Below, piece after piece: positions 8,520-18,116 of a DNA stretch of 64,000 nucleotides. The notes below the pieces were generated by a model. It was not told the origin of the DNA. It saw nothing but the letters and a program-made list of their open reading frames with translations, and searched no databases. Numbering within the stretch: position 1 is the stretch's first letter; the number at the start of each line of letters is the position of its first letter. The position numbers and the translations under genes are program-made. Source of the stretch: a virus; the IMG/VR virus record IMGVR_UViG_3300044614_000912, positions 1-64,000 of that record; one strand, given 5' to 3'.

Positions 8520-8777
8520 ATGAGAACTTTTAAACAGAAGACGGCACAAGTATTAGATAAAATTTATTGTGACATATGTTCTTCGTGTTGTAGTAATGAA
8601 TACGATCATGAATATGCCCTCATAGAAGCATCTTGGGGGTATTTCAGCAAACGCGACGGAGAAAAGCACGACATTCACATTTGTGAAAATTGTTTTGAAG
8701 ATTTATTAGCTTGGATGAAAAACAAAAGAAAAATTCATGGATACAAACCAGAATCCGATCCCCTCGCAGGAATATAG
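8520..8777 (+). CDS. Zn-finger hypothetical protein
   Basis: CDIC...WGY.S.RDGE...ICENC. Confidence 0.72.
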   Translation: MRTFKQKTAQVLDKIYCDICSSCCSNEYDHEYALIEASWGYFSKRDGEKHDIHICENCFEDLLAWMKNKRKIHGYKPESDPLAGI

Positions 8778-8964
8778 GAAGCAGAATATAATTCTCAGGG
8801 AAGGAATGATTGAATTGCATCATAATCCTATGATAACCAAAAGGTGTTTCAACGTTAGGGTTATAACTTATGATGGGTATGCTGATATGAACTTATCCGA
8901 AGGCGATCTATTGGAAATATGTAAAGGCATTTTAGATTTTATAGAGGTTAGGAAGAATGATTGA
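8737..8964 (+). CDS. hypothetical protein
   Basis: ORF track. Confidence 0.6.
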   Translation: MDTNQNPIPSQEYRKQNIILREGMIELHHNPMITKRCFNVRVITYDGYADMNLSEGDLLEICKGILDFIEVRKND

Positions 8965-9121
8965 AGACATAGTACTGAACAGTCGATATGTAATCATAGC
9001 GGCTCTTTTGGTATGGTATGGATTATACCTATATCTTGCAAAGGAGTATGGATACATAGACGAAGATTAAAATAAGTGTATAAATTTAAGGATGAATTAC
9101 ACCATAATAAGGAGATTTAGC

Positions 9122-9472
9122 ATGAATAATCGAAATATAGCAAGCGTCTTTTTACTCTCCTTTCTTATATCATTAGCAACAGTTTTCTCATATTCTCACG
9201 GTCAAGAAGAAAATCGACCAACACTCATAGTATTTTCCGCAGATTGGTGTAATGCCTGCAAGGTGGCAAAAAACGATATAAACAATGATCCTAATTTATC
9301 TGAGGTAGTTAAGAAATATTTCGTCGTAACGGCGAATTACGATGTTGACAAAGACTTGGTGGAAGGGTACAATGTTGACAGGATACCAACTTTTGTGGTT
9401 ATCAACAAGTTAACGGTGACAAAAAAAGTTGGATATAATGGACCAAAAGACTTAATCAAATTTTTAAAATAA
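9122..9472 (+). CDS. exported thioredoxin-family protein
   Basis: Signal peptide, FSADWCNAC, cis-Pro loop IPTF. Confidence 0.88.
   Translation: MNNRNIASVFLLSFLISLATVFSYSHGQEENRPTLIVFSADWCNACKVAKNDINNDPNLSEVVKKYFVVTANYDVDKDLVEGYNVDRIPTFVVINKLTVTKKVGYNGPKDLIKFLK
9345..9373 (+). promoter_or_regulatory. sigma70-type promoter inside the thioredoxin CDS
   Basis: TTGACA-17nt-TACAAT, pointing toward the tmRNA. Confidence 0.55.
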
Positions 9473-9545
9473 TCCTTTTGAAGTGTGTATATCTTATTAG
9501 CCCGCCAATTTACTGATAAGATCAGTCCCACCTAAAGGAAATATT

Positions 9546-9722
9546 ATGAAATACAGACTTTTGTTTATTTGTCTATTATCAGTTTTATTTGTTTCATTAA
9601 CAATGAATGTGATTCATTCAGAATCGTTATCTGCGACAAAAGAAAGTTTAAGAATATCTGATATGGTACAAAACAAAGTAATTAATGATTTGTATAACAG
9701 AATAACCGAATTAGAAAACTAA
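9546..9722 (+). CDS. small TM/coiled-coil protein (58 aa)
   Basis: AAGGA RBS, MKYRLLFICLLSVLFVSL...; stop abuts the tmRNA. Confidence 0.6.
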   Translation: MKYRLLFICLLSVLFVSLTMNVIHSESLSATKESLRISDMVQNKVINDLYNRITELEN

Positions 9723-10077
9723 GGGGGCGTAACGGTATCGATTGGATATAGAAAATTATATTAGCAAGTAGTGGTTGATCGACCGGCCACTTTAAAAGTC
9801 GATTAAACGCTTTAACTGGCGAAACTCAGTTAGCTCTCGCTGCCTAATAAAAACGGGCAGTGACGGATTGCGATTGCGAATGAGGGTAGCGATCAAAAAT
9901 CCGTTGTCAAATCCCTCTGCACTTACAATGCCCAGCGGGTTGTAGGTTAAGAGCAGCTGGTAAGACATAGCAAATCTTGTTTGCTCTATAGCTATGTTTA
10001 ACTCATGAGCAAAATAAACTTGTAGAAGATGTAATTAGACATATCGCAAGACAGGGGTTCGACTCCCCTCGCCTCCA
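9723..10077 (+). ncRNA. ssrA: tmRNA (SsrA); tag peptide (A)GETQLALAA
   Basis: Acceptor GGGGGCG/CGCCTCC-A with G3-U wobble, GACAGGGGTTCGACTCCCC T-arm, TAACT then resume codon GGC at 9818, tag ends LAA-TAA. Confidence 0.96.
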
Positions 10078-10082
10078 CTATC

Positions 10083-10217
10083 ATGAATACCATAGTTACT
10101 AAACCGCTGTGTCCAAGAATTATTCATGATGAAACTACGGGACTAATCGTTTCTGTGGTTGGAATAGTATTGTGTTCTTTTGCTCTATATAGAATATTGA
10201 AATATTACAATAGTTGA
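10083..10217 (+). CDS. small membrane protein (44 aa)
   Basis: Read by eye, hydrophobic LIVSVVGIVLCSFAL. Confidence 0.5.
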   Translation: MNTIVTKPLCPRIIHDETTGLIVSVVGIVLCSFALYRILKYYNS

Positions 10218-10228
10218 AAGGAAAATTT

Positions 10229-10486
10229 ATGAACCATATTACTGTTAGTTTTCTCCGTCATTGTGGATATAAGGTTGCTGTAAGGCATCACAGATTTCAT
10301 CATGGTGATGGAACGGTCAAGCCAAAGGGTGGCATGACAGAAATTATTATTGATAGCCCTCACGGCGAACACTTTGAGGGTCGAGCAAGATGCTGCCTAC
10401 AGGACAACTATGACAAAAAGCTTGGTATTAGAATTGCCCTTGGACGATCTGAGGTTACTAAGCATCTTTCTGTTGTGCCGCAGTGA
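10229..10486 (+). CDS. conserved phage protein
   Basis: G.A.C...DNYDKKLGIRIALGR motif. Confidence 0.72.
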   Translation: MNHITVSFLRHCGYKVAVRHHRFHHGDGTVKPKGGMTEIIIDSPHGEHFEGRARCCLQDNYDKKLGIRIALGRSEVTKHLSVVPQ

Positions 10487-10590
10487 TGACCAGACTATAA
10501 TAAGGTAGTTGTGGTGCCAAAAGTCAGCCGTGAGAATGGTGGACATTTGGAGTCATGGTAGAAATTAAACTTTAACCATGAGGTAAAACC

Positions 10591-10830
10591 ATGAAAACCT
10601 TATCTATTAATCATTGGAACAGACAGGAGTTACAGGATAAATACATAGATGCAATAATCGCTAACATGGATTTTATGCAAATAAGAAGCATGTTAAGAGA
10701 TTATCTGAATGAAGAAAAAAATCTTTATTCAAATGATGACTTGCGTGATGAGATATTATGTCGCAATTCCAATATCAAGAACGAAGTTGTTTCAAACGTT
10801 CCGTTCATTTATATGGAGGAGTTATCATGA
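10591..10830 (+). CDS. hypothetical protein (paralog 1)
   Basis: GAGG RBS; similar to the next gene. Confidence 0.7.
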   Translation: MKTLSINHWNRQELQDKYIDAIIANMDFMQIRSMLRDYLNEEKNLYSNDDLRDEILCRNSNIKNEVVSNVPFIYMEELS

Positions 10831-11075
10831 GACATCTACATATTACATCTGACAACAAGCCCTACTTTGTAAGACGATATACAGATTACATAGTTTCTAG
10901 GATGGATAATCTTGAAATTATGGATTCGTTTAAGGATTACTTCTATAGAGAAAAAATTGGTTATCCAATAGAAACTTTAGAAGTAGAAATCAATAGATAT
11001 TGTCCAGAAATTCTTGACGATCATATCGCGGAAGAAGTTGTGGGAAAGGGGGTGGAATATGCCAAGAGTATTTAA
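10827..11075 (+). CDS. hypothetical protein (paralog 2)
   Basis: GGAGGAG RBS, ATGA overlap. Confidence 0.7.
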   Translation: MRHLHITSDNKPYFVRRYTDYIVSRMDNLEIMDSFKDYFYREKIGYPIETLEVEINRYCPEILDDHIAEEVVGKGVEYAKSI

Positions 11076-11301
11076 AAGACTCCTGACATTTGAGATAGAG
11101 GGTGAGATTTATGACGCTAACACAAAAGCAGAAGAAGTAATCAAAAACTATGACTTTCATTTCAAAGATTATGATGATGGTGGATCACACTCATTTTTAA
11201 CTTTGGAACATAAAGACCACATAGGAAAAATAACAAGAATATCAAACAGACCTAAAATTCAAAAAAGTAAAAAACCAGATACGGAATATTTCGTTATATG
11301 A
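11059..11301 (+). CDS. hypothetical protein
   Basis: GGGGG RBS. Confidence 0.65.
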   Translation: MPRVFKRLLTFEIEGEIYDANTKAEEVIKNYDFHFKDYDDGGSHSFLTLEHKDHIGKITRISNRPKIQKSKKPDTEYFVI

Positions 11302-11386
11302 GTAAGATGATTAGGCTGTTATTTTCAGCAGTATTAGGATACTTTATAGGATATCTCTTGGGTAGAACAATAGGAATATATTTCTG

Positions 11387-11698
11387 ATGGAACCAGAATG
11401 GAATCATATAATTAATGAGGATGACGCAACTATGTTGGGATTACGACCAAGAATAAATTATTCCCACGATAAGTTTTTAAATATGCACTTCGGATGGCTA
11501 AAAAATAGAGTTTGGACTCTCAAGTTTAGTTTTGCTAATCGTGTATGCTATATTAGCGGTAAGTCTTTACGATATTGTTTGGCCTATCGCGGTAGAAAGC
11601 AAATTAGTGGATTACTAACGTCACACAAGACTCACAGTGATGATATTTGGATATCTCAATCAGAATATCTTAAGCTGATATCGTTAAATAAAGTATGA
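11387..11698 (+). CDS. hypothetical protein
   Basis: ORF track. Confidence 0.65.
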   Translation: MEPEWNHIINEDDATMLGLRPRINYSHDKFLNMHFGWLKNRVWTLKFSFANRVCYISGKSLRYCLAYRGRKQISGLLTSHKTHSDDIWISQSEYLKLISLNKV

Positions 11699-11819
11699 GG
11701 TAAGCATGTTCTTTTGCTCCTACAATAAATTAATCAAACAATTGCGAAAGATGGATATGCGAACTATTCATCCAATCGCATTTCATAACTACTTAGTTCG
11801 TACAGAGAAAGGTGAAATA

Positions 11820-12113
11820 ATGGCTCTAGTATATAGTGTTACAGCCGCAGCACCAGTAGACGCTGATGTTGTTGAAAGAAGACTAACAGTAACAGTTAAT
11901 GGTGAAGAAAAAAGTAGTCAAGTCTACGCATCGGAAACTACAGCTTTTGGTGAGCTTTCGTTCGCCCAAAGCGATAATGTAGTTCTTACTCTAGTAGATG
12001 TAGATGACGCTGGAAATGTTAGCACCCCAGCAGTTCTTGAATTCGTAGCAGCAGACACAATTCCTCCAGTAGCACCCGGAGGATTGGGCGTTGCTCTAGT
12101 ACGAGAAGAATGA
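11820..12113 (+). CDS. small Ig/FN3-like beta protein
   Basis: DVDDAGNVS and DTIPPVAP motifs typical of bacterial Ig-like repeats; followed by a terminator. Confidence 0.65.
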   Translation: MALVYSVTAAAPVDADVVERRLTVTVNGEEKSSQVYASETTAFGELSFAQSDNVVLTLVDVDDAGNVSTPAVLEFVAADTIPPVAPGGLGVALVREE

Positions 12114-12142
12114 TCTATAATTACTAAAAACACTCCATGTTT

Positions 12143-12173
12143 AGGGGGATAGTTAAAAGCTATCCCCTTTTTT
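12143..12173 (+). terminator. rho-independent terminator
   Basis: GGGGATAG...CTATCCCC plus T-tract. Confidence 0.85.
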
Positions 12174-12176
12174 ATT

Positions 12177-12371
12177 ATGAAACTATACTTTTCGTTAAAT
12201 CAAGCACTAGAGTGTGGTAAAGTTTGCCACTATTTGACCAAAGCTATTCATGAGCATTTAGAAACAAATGGCACTCTAGAAAATGCTGTGCTGATTATAG
12301 AGATTAAAGACTCTATTGAACATCAAACATTACCTAAATTGGAACATAATTATGATATTGAAACGCCTTAA
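12177..12371 (+). CDS. hypothetical protein
   Basis: ORF track. Confidence 0.55.
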   Translation: MKLYFSLNQALECGKVCHYLTKAIHEHLETNGTLENAVLIIEIKDSIEHQTLPKLEHNYDIETP

Positions 12372-12501
12372 TTTATTGCCTATTTTCATCATTTATTTTA
12401 TTGATCCACATAAGTATGGCATATTTAGCCATCTAGTATCTATAGGTTAATACAATAAAGTGTATATTATGAAGGTGCTTTAACTTTCATAAGAGTACAT
12501 T

Positions 12502-12849
12502 ATGTTTTGGCTATTTAAAAAACTTGGATATGGATATTCTACACGCTCTCCAAAATGGAGAGAGGTTAGGAAAAAACACCTAGAAAGTCAACCGTTTTGT
12601 CAAGCCTGTGGGCGAAAAGATGATTTGGAGGTTCATCATATAGAACCAGTACATAAAAATCCAGATAGAGAGCTTGATCCAAATAACTTGATTACCCTAT
12701 GCGGTAAAACGTGTCATCTAATATTTGGTCATTTAATGGATTATAAAAGCTGGAATGACGATGTAGTTTCTGACTGCGAATCTTATCTTTCAAAAATTCA
12801 GCAGAGGCCATACCATGAAAACAATCATAAAATTAGCTCTATTTTTTAG
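12502..12849 (+). CDS. HNH endonuclease
   Basis: CQACG, LEVHHI, NLITLCGKTCH. Confidence 0.9.
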   Translation: MFWLFKKLGYGYSTRSPKWREVRKKHLESQPFCQACGRKDDLEVHHIEPVHKNPDRELDPNNLITLCGKTCHLIFGHLMDYKSWNDDVVSDCESYLSKIQQRPYHENNHKISSIF

Positions 12850-13609
12850 CTTATGTTTACCAGTGTGCTATTCCGGTACTATTGACCCAAATACTCCCGA
12901 CGAAAAATACGTTGAATTTGGCAAAGATTTCCACTATATTTATGAAATATGTGGAGTATATGAAAACGATGGATTATTTTGTGCATCCGCTGTCGCTATT
13001 GATCCCAATTGGGTTTTAACGGCGGCACATGTTGTTAAGGGTGCAAAGCTGTGCGTAGTTCATAAAGATGACAAAAAATATTTAGTTCATGTAATTATAC
13101 CACATAAAGATTTTAAAGAGAAAAATTATGGAGAAAACGATATAGCATTATGCTATATAGATGAAAAGCTAGATTTAAGTTTCTACCCCGAACTATACGA
13201 TAATGCCGATGAGGTTGGAAAAATATGCACCATATCTGGATATGGATTAACAGGAACGTTCAAAACTGGTAGTTCGTTTTCGGACGGCAAACGCAGAGCG
13301 GGTTCAAACAAAATAGAGTATATAGATAGAGATTTATTGATATGCACACCCTCTGTAGCAAATAAAACATCGCTAGAGTTTATCATTTGTCATGGAGATA
13401 GCGGTGGTGGCCTATTCATAGGCAATAAACTAGCGGGCATCAATTCATGCGTAATGGCTGATGATAAAAAACCAGATTCCACATATGGTGATGAATCTGG
13501 TCACACAAGAATAAGCAAATTTCTACCTTGGATCAGAGAAACAATGCAAAATAAGAGGCCAAACATAAAATCGGTTTTGGGGGTTGACAAATCATCGGAT
13601 ACGAAGTAG
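12815..13609 (+). CDS. secreted trypsin-like serine protease (S1)
   Basis: Signal peptide, LTAAHV, NDIAL, GDSGGG catalytic triad. Confidence 0.92.
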   Translation: MKTIIKLALFFSLCLPVCYSGTIDPNTPDEKYVEFGKDFHYIYEICGVYENDGLFCASAVAIDPNWVLTAAHVVKGAKLCVVHKDDKKYLVHVIIPHKDFKEKNYGENDIALCYIDEKLDLSFYPELYDNADEVGKICTISGYGLTGTFKTGSSFSDGKRRAGSNKIEYIDRDLLICTPSVANKTSLEFIICHGDSGGGLFIGNKLAGINSCVMADDKKPDSTYGDESGHTRISKFLPWIRETMQNKRPNIKSVLGVDKSSDTK

Positions 13610-13612
13610 AAT
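13584..13612 (+). promoter_or_regulatory. sigma70-type promoter
   Basis: TTGACA-17nt-TAGAAT; spacer has the TCGGATA variant. Confidence 0.75.
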
Positions 13613-13644
13613 AGGTTGTTGAGAATTCCCTAGAGGACCAAGCA

Positions 13645-13986
13645 ATGAAACTTGAAGATGCAGAAAAGTTAGATAGTGGCGATATTGTTTATGATCCATT
13701 TGGATGCCCAGTAGTTATTTCATCTTGGGTTAGACATTTTAATGATATTGATGGATTATATTTTGGTACAATATCCACAGACCTCAAATTAACCACATAT
13801 CACTACAAAGAATTAGAACTAATTGATGAAGAAATGCTTTGTGACGAACACAAAAGCTATCTTGCTTGGATAAGGGAAGAAAAGAAACCCTTTACATTTG
13901 AAACCAAAGAAGCATATATACAAGGATATGCTGCGGGATTTTCTGCAAAACGTCAAAGAAACTCAGAGGAGCAACTTCAAAAATGA
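13645..13986 (+). CDS. hypothetical protein
   Basis: GAGG RBS; EAYIQGYAAG motif. Confidence 0.7.
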   Translation: MKLEDAEKLDSGDIVYDPFGCPVVISSWVRHFNDIDGLYFGTISTDLKLTTYHYKELELIDEEMLCDEHKSYLAWIREEKKPFTFETKEAYIQGYAAGFSAKRQRNSEEQLQK

Positions 13987-14618
13987 GCGTTAAATTGATC
14001 AGCATCACTCCCGACGCGGAACAGATGATGGCTTATTGTGCAAGGGTTAGCAACCCTAATAATCAGACCAATGAGAAATATGCGAAGCTTCTTAAGTATT
14101 GTATAGATCATGAGCATTGGTCAATATTTGAACAAGCTTTCATGACTGTTGAAATAGATACCACTAGGGGATTAGCCGCACAAATTCTTCGTCATAGAAG
14201 TTTTACCTTTCAAGAATTTAGTCAGAGATATGCTGACACAACGCTATTGGCACAAGAAATACCTACCTTTGAATTACGCCGTCAAGATACTAAAAATAGA
14301 CAAAATAGCATTAATGATATTTCTGATGAAATAAAAGTAAAATGGAATACTCAAGTAAGAGAACATTTTGCTAAAGCAAAAGCTATTTATGATGGTATGA
14401 TAGCAGATGGTGTAGCAAAAGAATGTGCAAGATTTATTCTTCCACTAGCAACCCCCACTAGGCTTTATATGAGTGGAACCGTTAGATCATGGATTCACTA
14501 CATAAATCTAAGATCGTCTAATGGAACACAAAAAGAACATATGGATATAGCAAATCAATGTAAGGATGTTTTTGTTTCTCAATTACCAACTGTTTCGGAG
14601 GCTTTAGGCTGGAAATGA
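13983..14618 (+). CDS. thyX: FAD-dependent thymidylate synthase
   Basis: RHRSFTFQEFSQRY, ARFILP, QKEH. Confidence 0.97.
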   Translation: MSVKLISITPDAEQMMAYCARVSNPNNQTNEKYAKLLKYCIDHEHWSIFEQAFMTVEIDTTRGLAAQILRHRSFTFQEFSQRYADTTLLAQEIPTFELRRQDTKNRQNSINDISDEIKVKWNTQVREHFAKAKAIYDGMIADGVAKECARFILPLATPTRLYMSGTVRSWIHYINLRSSNGTQKEHMDIANQCKDVFVSQLPTVSEALGWK

Positions 14619-14917
14619 AAATCGAACTTCAAATGTCTGAAAGTGATATTGTTCGCTCTATGAAAAATAATGAATACTCACCTATTCAACTTTTAGCAGC
14701 AAGATATTTCAAGGAAGATTCCCGCAATGTAGAAGCAAATTACGATAAAATTTTTATTTGGAACGATGATATCAATGATTACCATTCTTATAGATATTGC
14801 ACAGAAGATATCAACAATGTGAAAGATTTTCTAGATCAGTGGTACGATTACGTCGATGGTCATTTGGTTGATTTTGCTTTAGAACCGCTATTTTTCTGCG
14901 TAGAGCAGACACGCTAG
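14615..14917 (+). CDS. hypothetical protein
   Basis: ATGA overlap with thyX. Confidence 0.7.
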   Translation: MKIELQMSESDIVRSMKNNEYSPIQLLAARYFKEDSRNVEANYDKIFIWNDDINDYHSYRYCTEDINNVKDFLDQWYDYVDGHLVDFALEPLFFCVEQTR

Positions 14918-14938
14918 AAAAATTTTTAAAGCTGCCGC

Positions 14939-14966
14939 TTGACACAGCCGATAACTGTGGTATACT
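14939..14966 (+). promoter_or_regulatory. early promoter (GCCGAT class) for rIIA/rIIB
   Basis: TTGACA-CAGCCGATAACTGTGG-TATACT with an upstream A/T tract. Confidence 0.85.
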
Positions 14967-15011
14967 GATAGCACATTCGACAATTAAGCACTTGTAGGAG
15001 ATTTTGCAATT

Positions 15012-17162
15012 ATGAAACTTCACGCTGGTACAAACGTTATTGAAAAGTCTGGTAACTTCGAAGAGTCTAAGTTTAGCATCGAAGCATCGTCCAAGGCTTT
15101 CTTCATCCTTTCTGACGGTCTTTATTCTAATAAAGTTCTCGCGGTTGTTCGTGAGCTTTCGACCAACGCTTACGATTCCCACGTTGATGCTGGCAAGCGT
15201 GACGTTGCTTTTGACGTTCACCTTCCCACTGTTCTGAATCCCGTTTTCTTTATTCGTGACTATGGCACTAGCATGGATCACGATAACTGTATGCAACTTT
15301 ATACTACGTATTTTCGTAGTACTCGCAACAATAGCAACGACGCTGTTGGTTGCCTTGGTCTTGGTAGCAAGGCTCCGTTTGCATATTCTGATAGCTTTAC
15401 TGTCGAAGCTTATCTTGATGGCAAGAAGCGTATCTACAATGCATATAAGAATGAGGACGGTAGCCCCGTTTTCTCTCTAATGCACGAAACAGAGACTGAT
15501 GAGCCGAATGGCATCAAGGTTTCTATTCAAGTCAATTCGAACGACGTTAATAGGTTTAATGTCGAGGCTACTAAAGTCTATGAGTTTTTCAAGGTCAAGC
15601 CTAATTTTGTTGGTGAGAAAGTTATCTTTAAGAAGATCGACAAAGTTCTCGCTGGCGACGGTTGGTACTTTGATGACAATGATCATTCTGCTAGCAATTT
15701 GATCATCATGGGTCAGATCGCATATCCTATTGATCATTTTCAGATCATGGGTGACGGCGACAATAAGGAAGCACGATTCATTCAGTATTCCGATGGTCTT
15801 CGCATCTTTGTGAATATCGGTGATGTTGACATTACCCCTAGTCGTGAGGCTCTGTCTTATAGCAAGGACACGAAGATCAATATCAAGAATATCGTGAATC
15901 GTATTGCCTCTGAGATTGCATCAAAGATTGAGGATCAAATCCAGAGCCAGCCTTCACTTTATAAGGCTCGCGTTAAGTATGTTCAGATTAGTGACCAGTG
16001 TTCTTCTATCAAGAATGCTATTGAATCGCTCCAGAAGTCGATCAGTTGGAATGGTCAAAAGCTGTTCGATAACATTATTAATGAGAGTGTTAATATCAAG
16101 GACAAGCTTTCACTCACGTTCCTCAATAAGTCTTACTATCGCAAGAAGGTCAATAGTTCAACAGATGTTGAGTTTATTAACTTCACGGGCGACATGAGGT
16201 TCTTTGTTGACGATTTGAATCGCGGTGGCTTGAGTCGAATCAAGAAACTTATGCGTGAAGAACACGGTGAACAAAAGTGCTATGTTTACAAGCTTAAGGA
16301 TGGAGAGACTGTTGACAACAACGCTTTGTATGATATACTTGGTGGAGCGACCAAGGATGATATTGTGCCGACTTCTAGTTTGCCCAAGATCACCTATGAT
16401 AGAACCAGTTCTGGCTCTGGTGATGGTCTTCCGCCTGTTCATATTCAAGTTTTTAACGAAGAAACTGGCCGATTTGAAGAGTGTAATATGAGTGTAAAGT
16501 ATGAGAATGCGTACTATTTCACTGAATCTAAGGGTAATATTACCATTGGATACAAGGATATGGATACTAGCCACATTGCAAATGCCCTTACTTATATGCA
16601 CAAGCATTATCCTGACGATGTTGATGGTATGACGTTCTACGCTGTTAAGCCATCTGTGATTAAGAATCGTAAGCTTGCAGAGCGTTCTAATTGGGGCGAT
16701 GCCGTTGATATTATGCGTACAGTTTTCAACAAGGCTGTTGCGAATCATAAGCAAGACATTATTGATTGCAACGTCCGATGCGGCCTGTCTGCTAACAGGA
16801 ATGAAAAGTTTGCGACTATCTTTAGTGCCACACAAACCGATAATGAGGCAAAGAGGATCGTCGCTGAGTATAATGAGCATGAGAAGCGTATGTCTTCTAT
16901 TCGACACGATATGGAGTTGGTTCGTGCCATGAGCAGCACTATTCCAAATTGTGATAGCGTTGATTTCTCTGGAATGAAGATCGATAACACGAAATTCTCC
17001 AAGAGGTTTGATGATGCTGTAAAGAAGTATCCTATGCTCAAGGTTATTGCTAACATGGGTTACTATGGTAATGTGGGTCAAAATGATGTTAAGATCGTTG
17101 CCGATTATATCGACACGATTGAGTCTGCTGAACATATGTCCAGCGTTCTGAGTTCTATGTGA
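15012..17162 (+). CDS. rIIA: rIIA-like protein (GHKL ATPase)
   Basis: LYSNK..AVVRELSTNAYD, IRDYG, GLGSK, PSREALSY; adjacent to rIIB. Confidence 0.92.
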   Translation: MKLHAGTNVIEKSGNFEESKFSIEASSKAFFILSDGLYSNKVLAVVRELSTNAYDSHVDAGKRDVAFDVHLPTVLNPVFFIRDYGTSMDHDNCMQLYTTYFRSTRNNSNDAVGCLGLGSKAPFAYSDSFTVEAYLDGKKRIYNAYKNEDGSPVFSLMHETETDEPNGIKVSIQVNSNDVNRFNVEATKVYEFFKVKPNFVGEKVIFKKIDKVLAGDGWYFDDNDHSASNLIIMGQIAYPIDHFQIMGDGDNKEARFIQYSDGLRIFVNIGDVDITPSREALSYSKDTKINIKNIVNRIASEIASKIEDQIQSQPSLYKARVKYVQISDQCSSIKNAIESLQKSISWNGQKLFDNIINESVNIKDKLSLTFLNKSYYRKKVNSSTDVEFINFTGDMRFFVDDLNRGGLSRIKKLMREEHGEQKCYVYKLKDGETVDNNALYDILGGATKDDIVPTSSLPKITYDRTSSGSGDGLPPVHIQVFNEETGRFEECNMSVKYENAYYFTESKGNITIGYKDMDTSHIANALTYMHKHYPDDVDGMTFYAVKPSVIKNRKLAERSNWGDAVDIMRTVFNKAVANHKQDIIDCNVRCGLSANRNEKFATIFSATQTDNEAKRIVAEYNEHEKRMSSIRHDMELVRAMSSTIPNCDSVDFSGMKIDNTKFSKRFDDAVKKYPMLKVIANMGYYGNVGQNDVKIVADYIDTIESAEHMSSVLSSM

Positions 17163-17181
17163 ATAAACTAGGAGAATTATA

Positions 17182-18063
17182 ATGTCCAACAAGTATATTA
17201 TTGCAAATGACGGTACTGTTACTGCGATTGTTAGTGGTCAGACATATTGCTTTGGCAAGTCTCACCCTAATTATAACAAGCTGGTAAAGCATCTTAAGAA
17301 TAACAATGTCGAGCATTTTGAAGCTGCTTATGATATTGTTTCCCATGTGAATGCCTACTGTGAGGGTTATGTTAACTGCACAGATGGTTCGCTGTCTTGG
17401 GATGGTATCAAGATGCCAAACATGTTCACCAATACCATTATCGATATGGTTAAGCAGGGTTTCCCTTTTGAGCCGATGCTTAATTTCCTTGATAATCTGA
17501 GTCAGAATCCTTCTGATCATGCTGTTGTTGAACTCTTTGATTTCATGGAAAATAAGAACATGCCGATTACTTATGATGGTTGTTTCCTCGCCTACAAAGC
17601 TGTTCGTGAGGACTATCGTGATATTTATTCTGGCAAGTTCGATAACAGCGTAGGATCGGTTTGCCAAGTATCACGTAGCACTGTAGATAGTAATCGTGAT
17701 AACGGTTGTGGTCACGGTCTGCACGTTGGTGCAATTGATTATGCTAAGAGTTATGGTGGCATTGATCTTGATGACGAAGATAATGATGGTGGAAACCGTC
17801 TTATGATTTGCAAAGTCAATCCGCGTGATGTAGTTAGCGTTCCCAGCGATCATAAGTTCCAGAAGCTTCGCTGCTGCCGTTATGAAGTTGTGGCTGAATT
17901 CGATAGCGTTTTTGATAAGGTCGTTCATATGACCGATAGTGATATTGATCATGTTCAGCGTAAGCAGCGTAATCGTGAGTGGGTTGTTGAAGTGACTGCT
18001 AAGATTGACAAGATTAATGCTGTGCTGGCAAAGCGTCTTGGTCGAGAATTGGTTAGTGCGTGA
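17182..18063 (+). CDS. rIIB: rIIB-like protein
   Basis: NPS...ELFDF, PITYDGCFLAYK, CGHGLHVG, KVNPRDVVSVP, KLRCCRYEV. Confidence 0.93.
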   Translation: MSNKYIIANDGTVTAIVSGQTYCFGKSHPNYNKLVKHLKNNNVEHFEAAYDIVSHVNAYCEGYVNCTDGSLSWDGIKMPNMFTNTIIDMVKQGFPFEPMLNFLDNLSQNPSDHAVVELFDFMENKNMPITYDGCFLAYKAVREDYRDIYSGKFDNSVGSVCQVSRSTVDSNRDNGCGHGLHVGAIDYAKSYGGIDLDDEDNDGGNRLMICKVNPRDVVSVPSDHKFQKLRCCRYEVVAEFDSVFDKVVHMTDSDIDHVQRKQRNREWVVEVTAKIDKINAVLAKRLGRELVSA

Positions 18064-18082
18064 TTGATTGAATGTGAGGTAT

Positions 18083-18110
18083 AACGGAGTGGGGCAACTC
18101 ACTCCGTTTT
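18083..18110 (+). terminator. rho-independent terminator
   Basis: AACGGAGTG...CACTCCGTT plus T's. Confidence 0.8.
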
Positions 18111-18116
18111 ACTTTA

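Noticed and set aside
16158-17192. 344-aa antisense ORF, plus others opposite rIIA/rIIB
   Set aside because: It is a shadow of rIIA: avoiding TTA/CTA/TCA codons on the sense strand removes antisense stops. The translation has no motifs.
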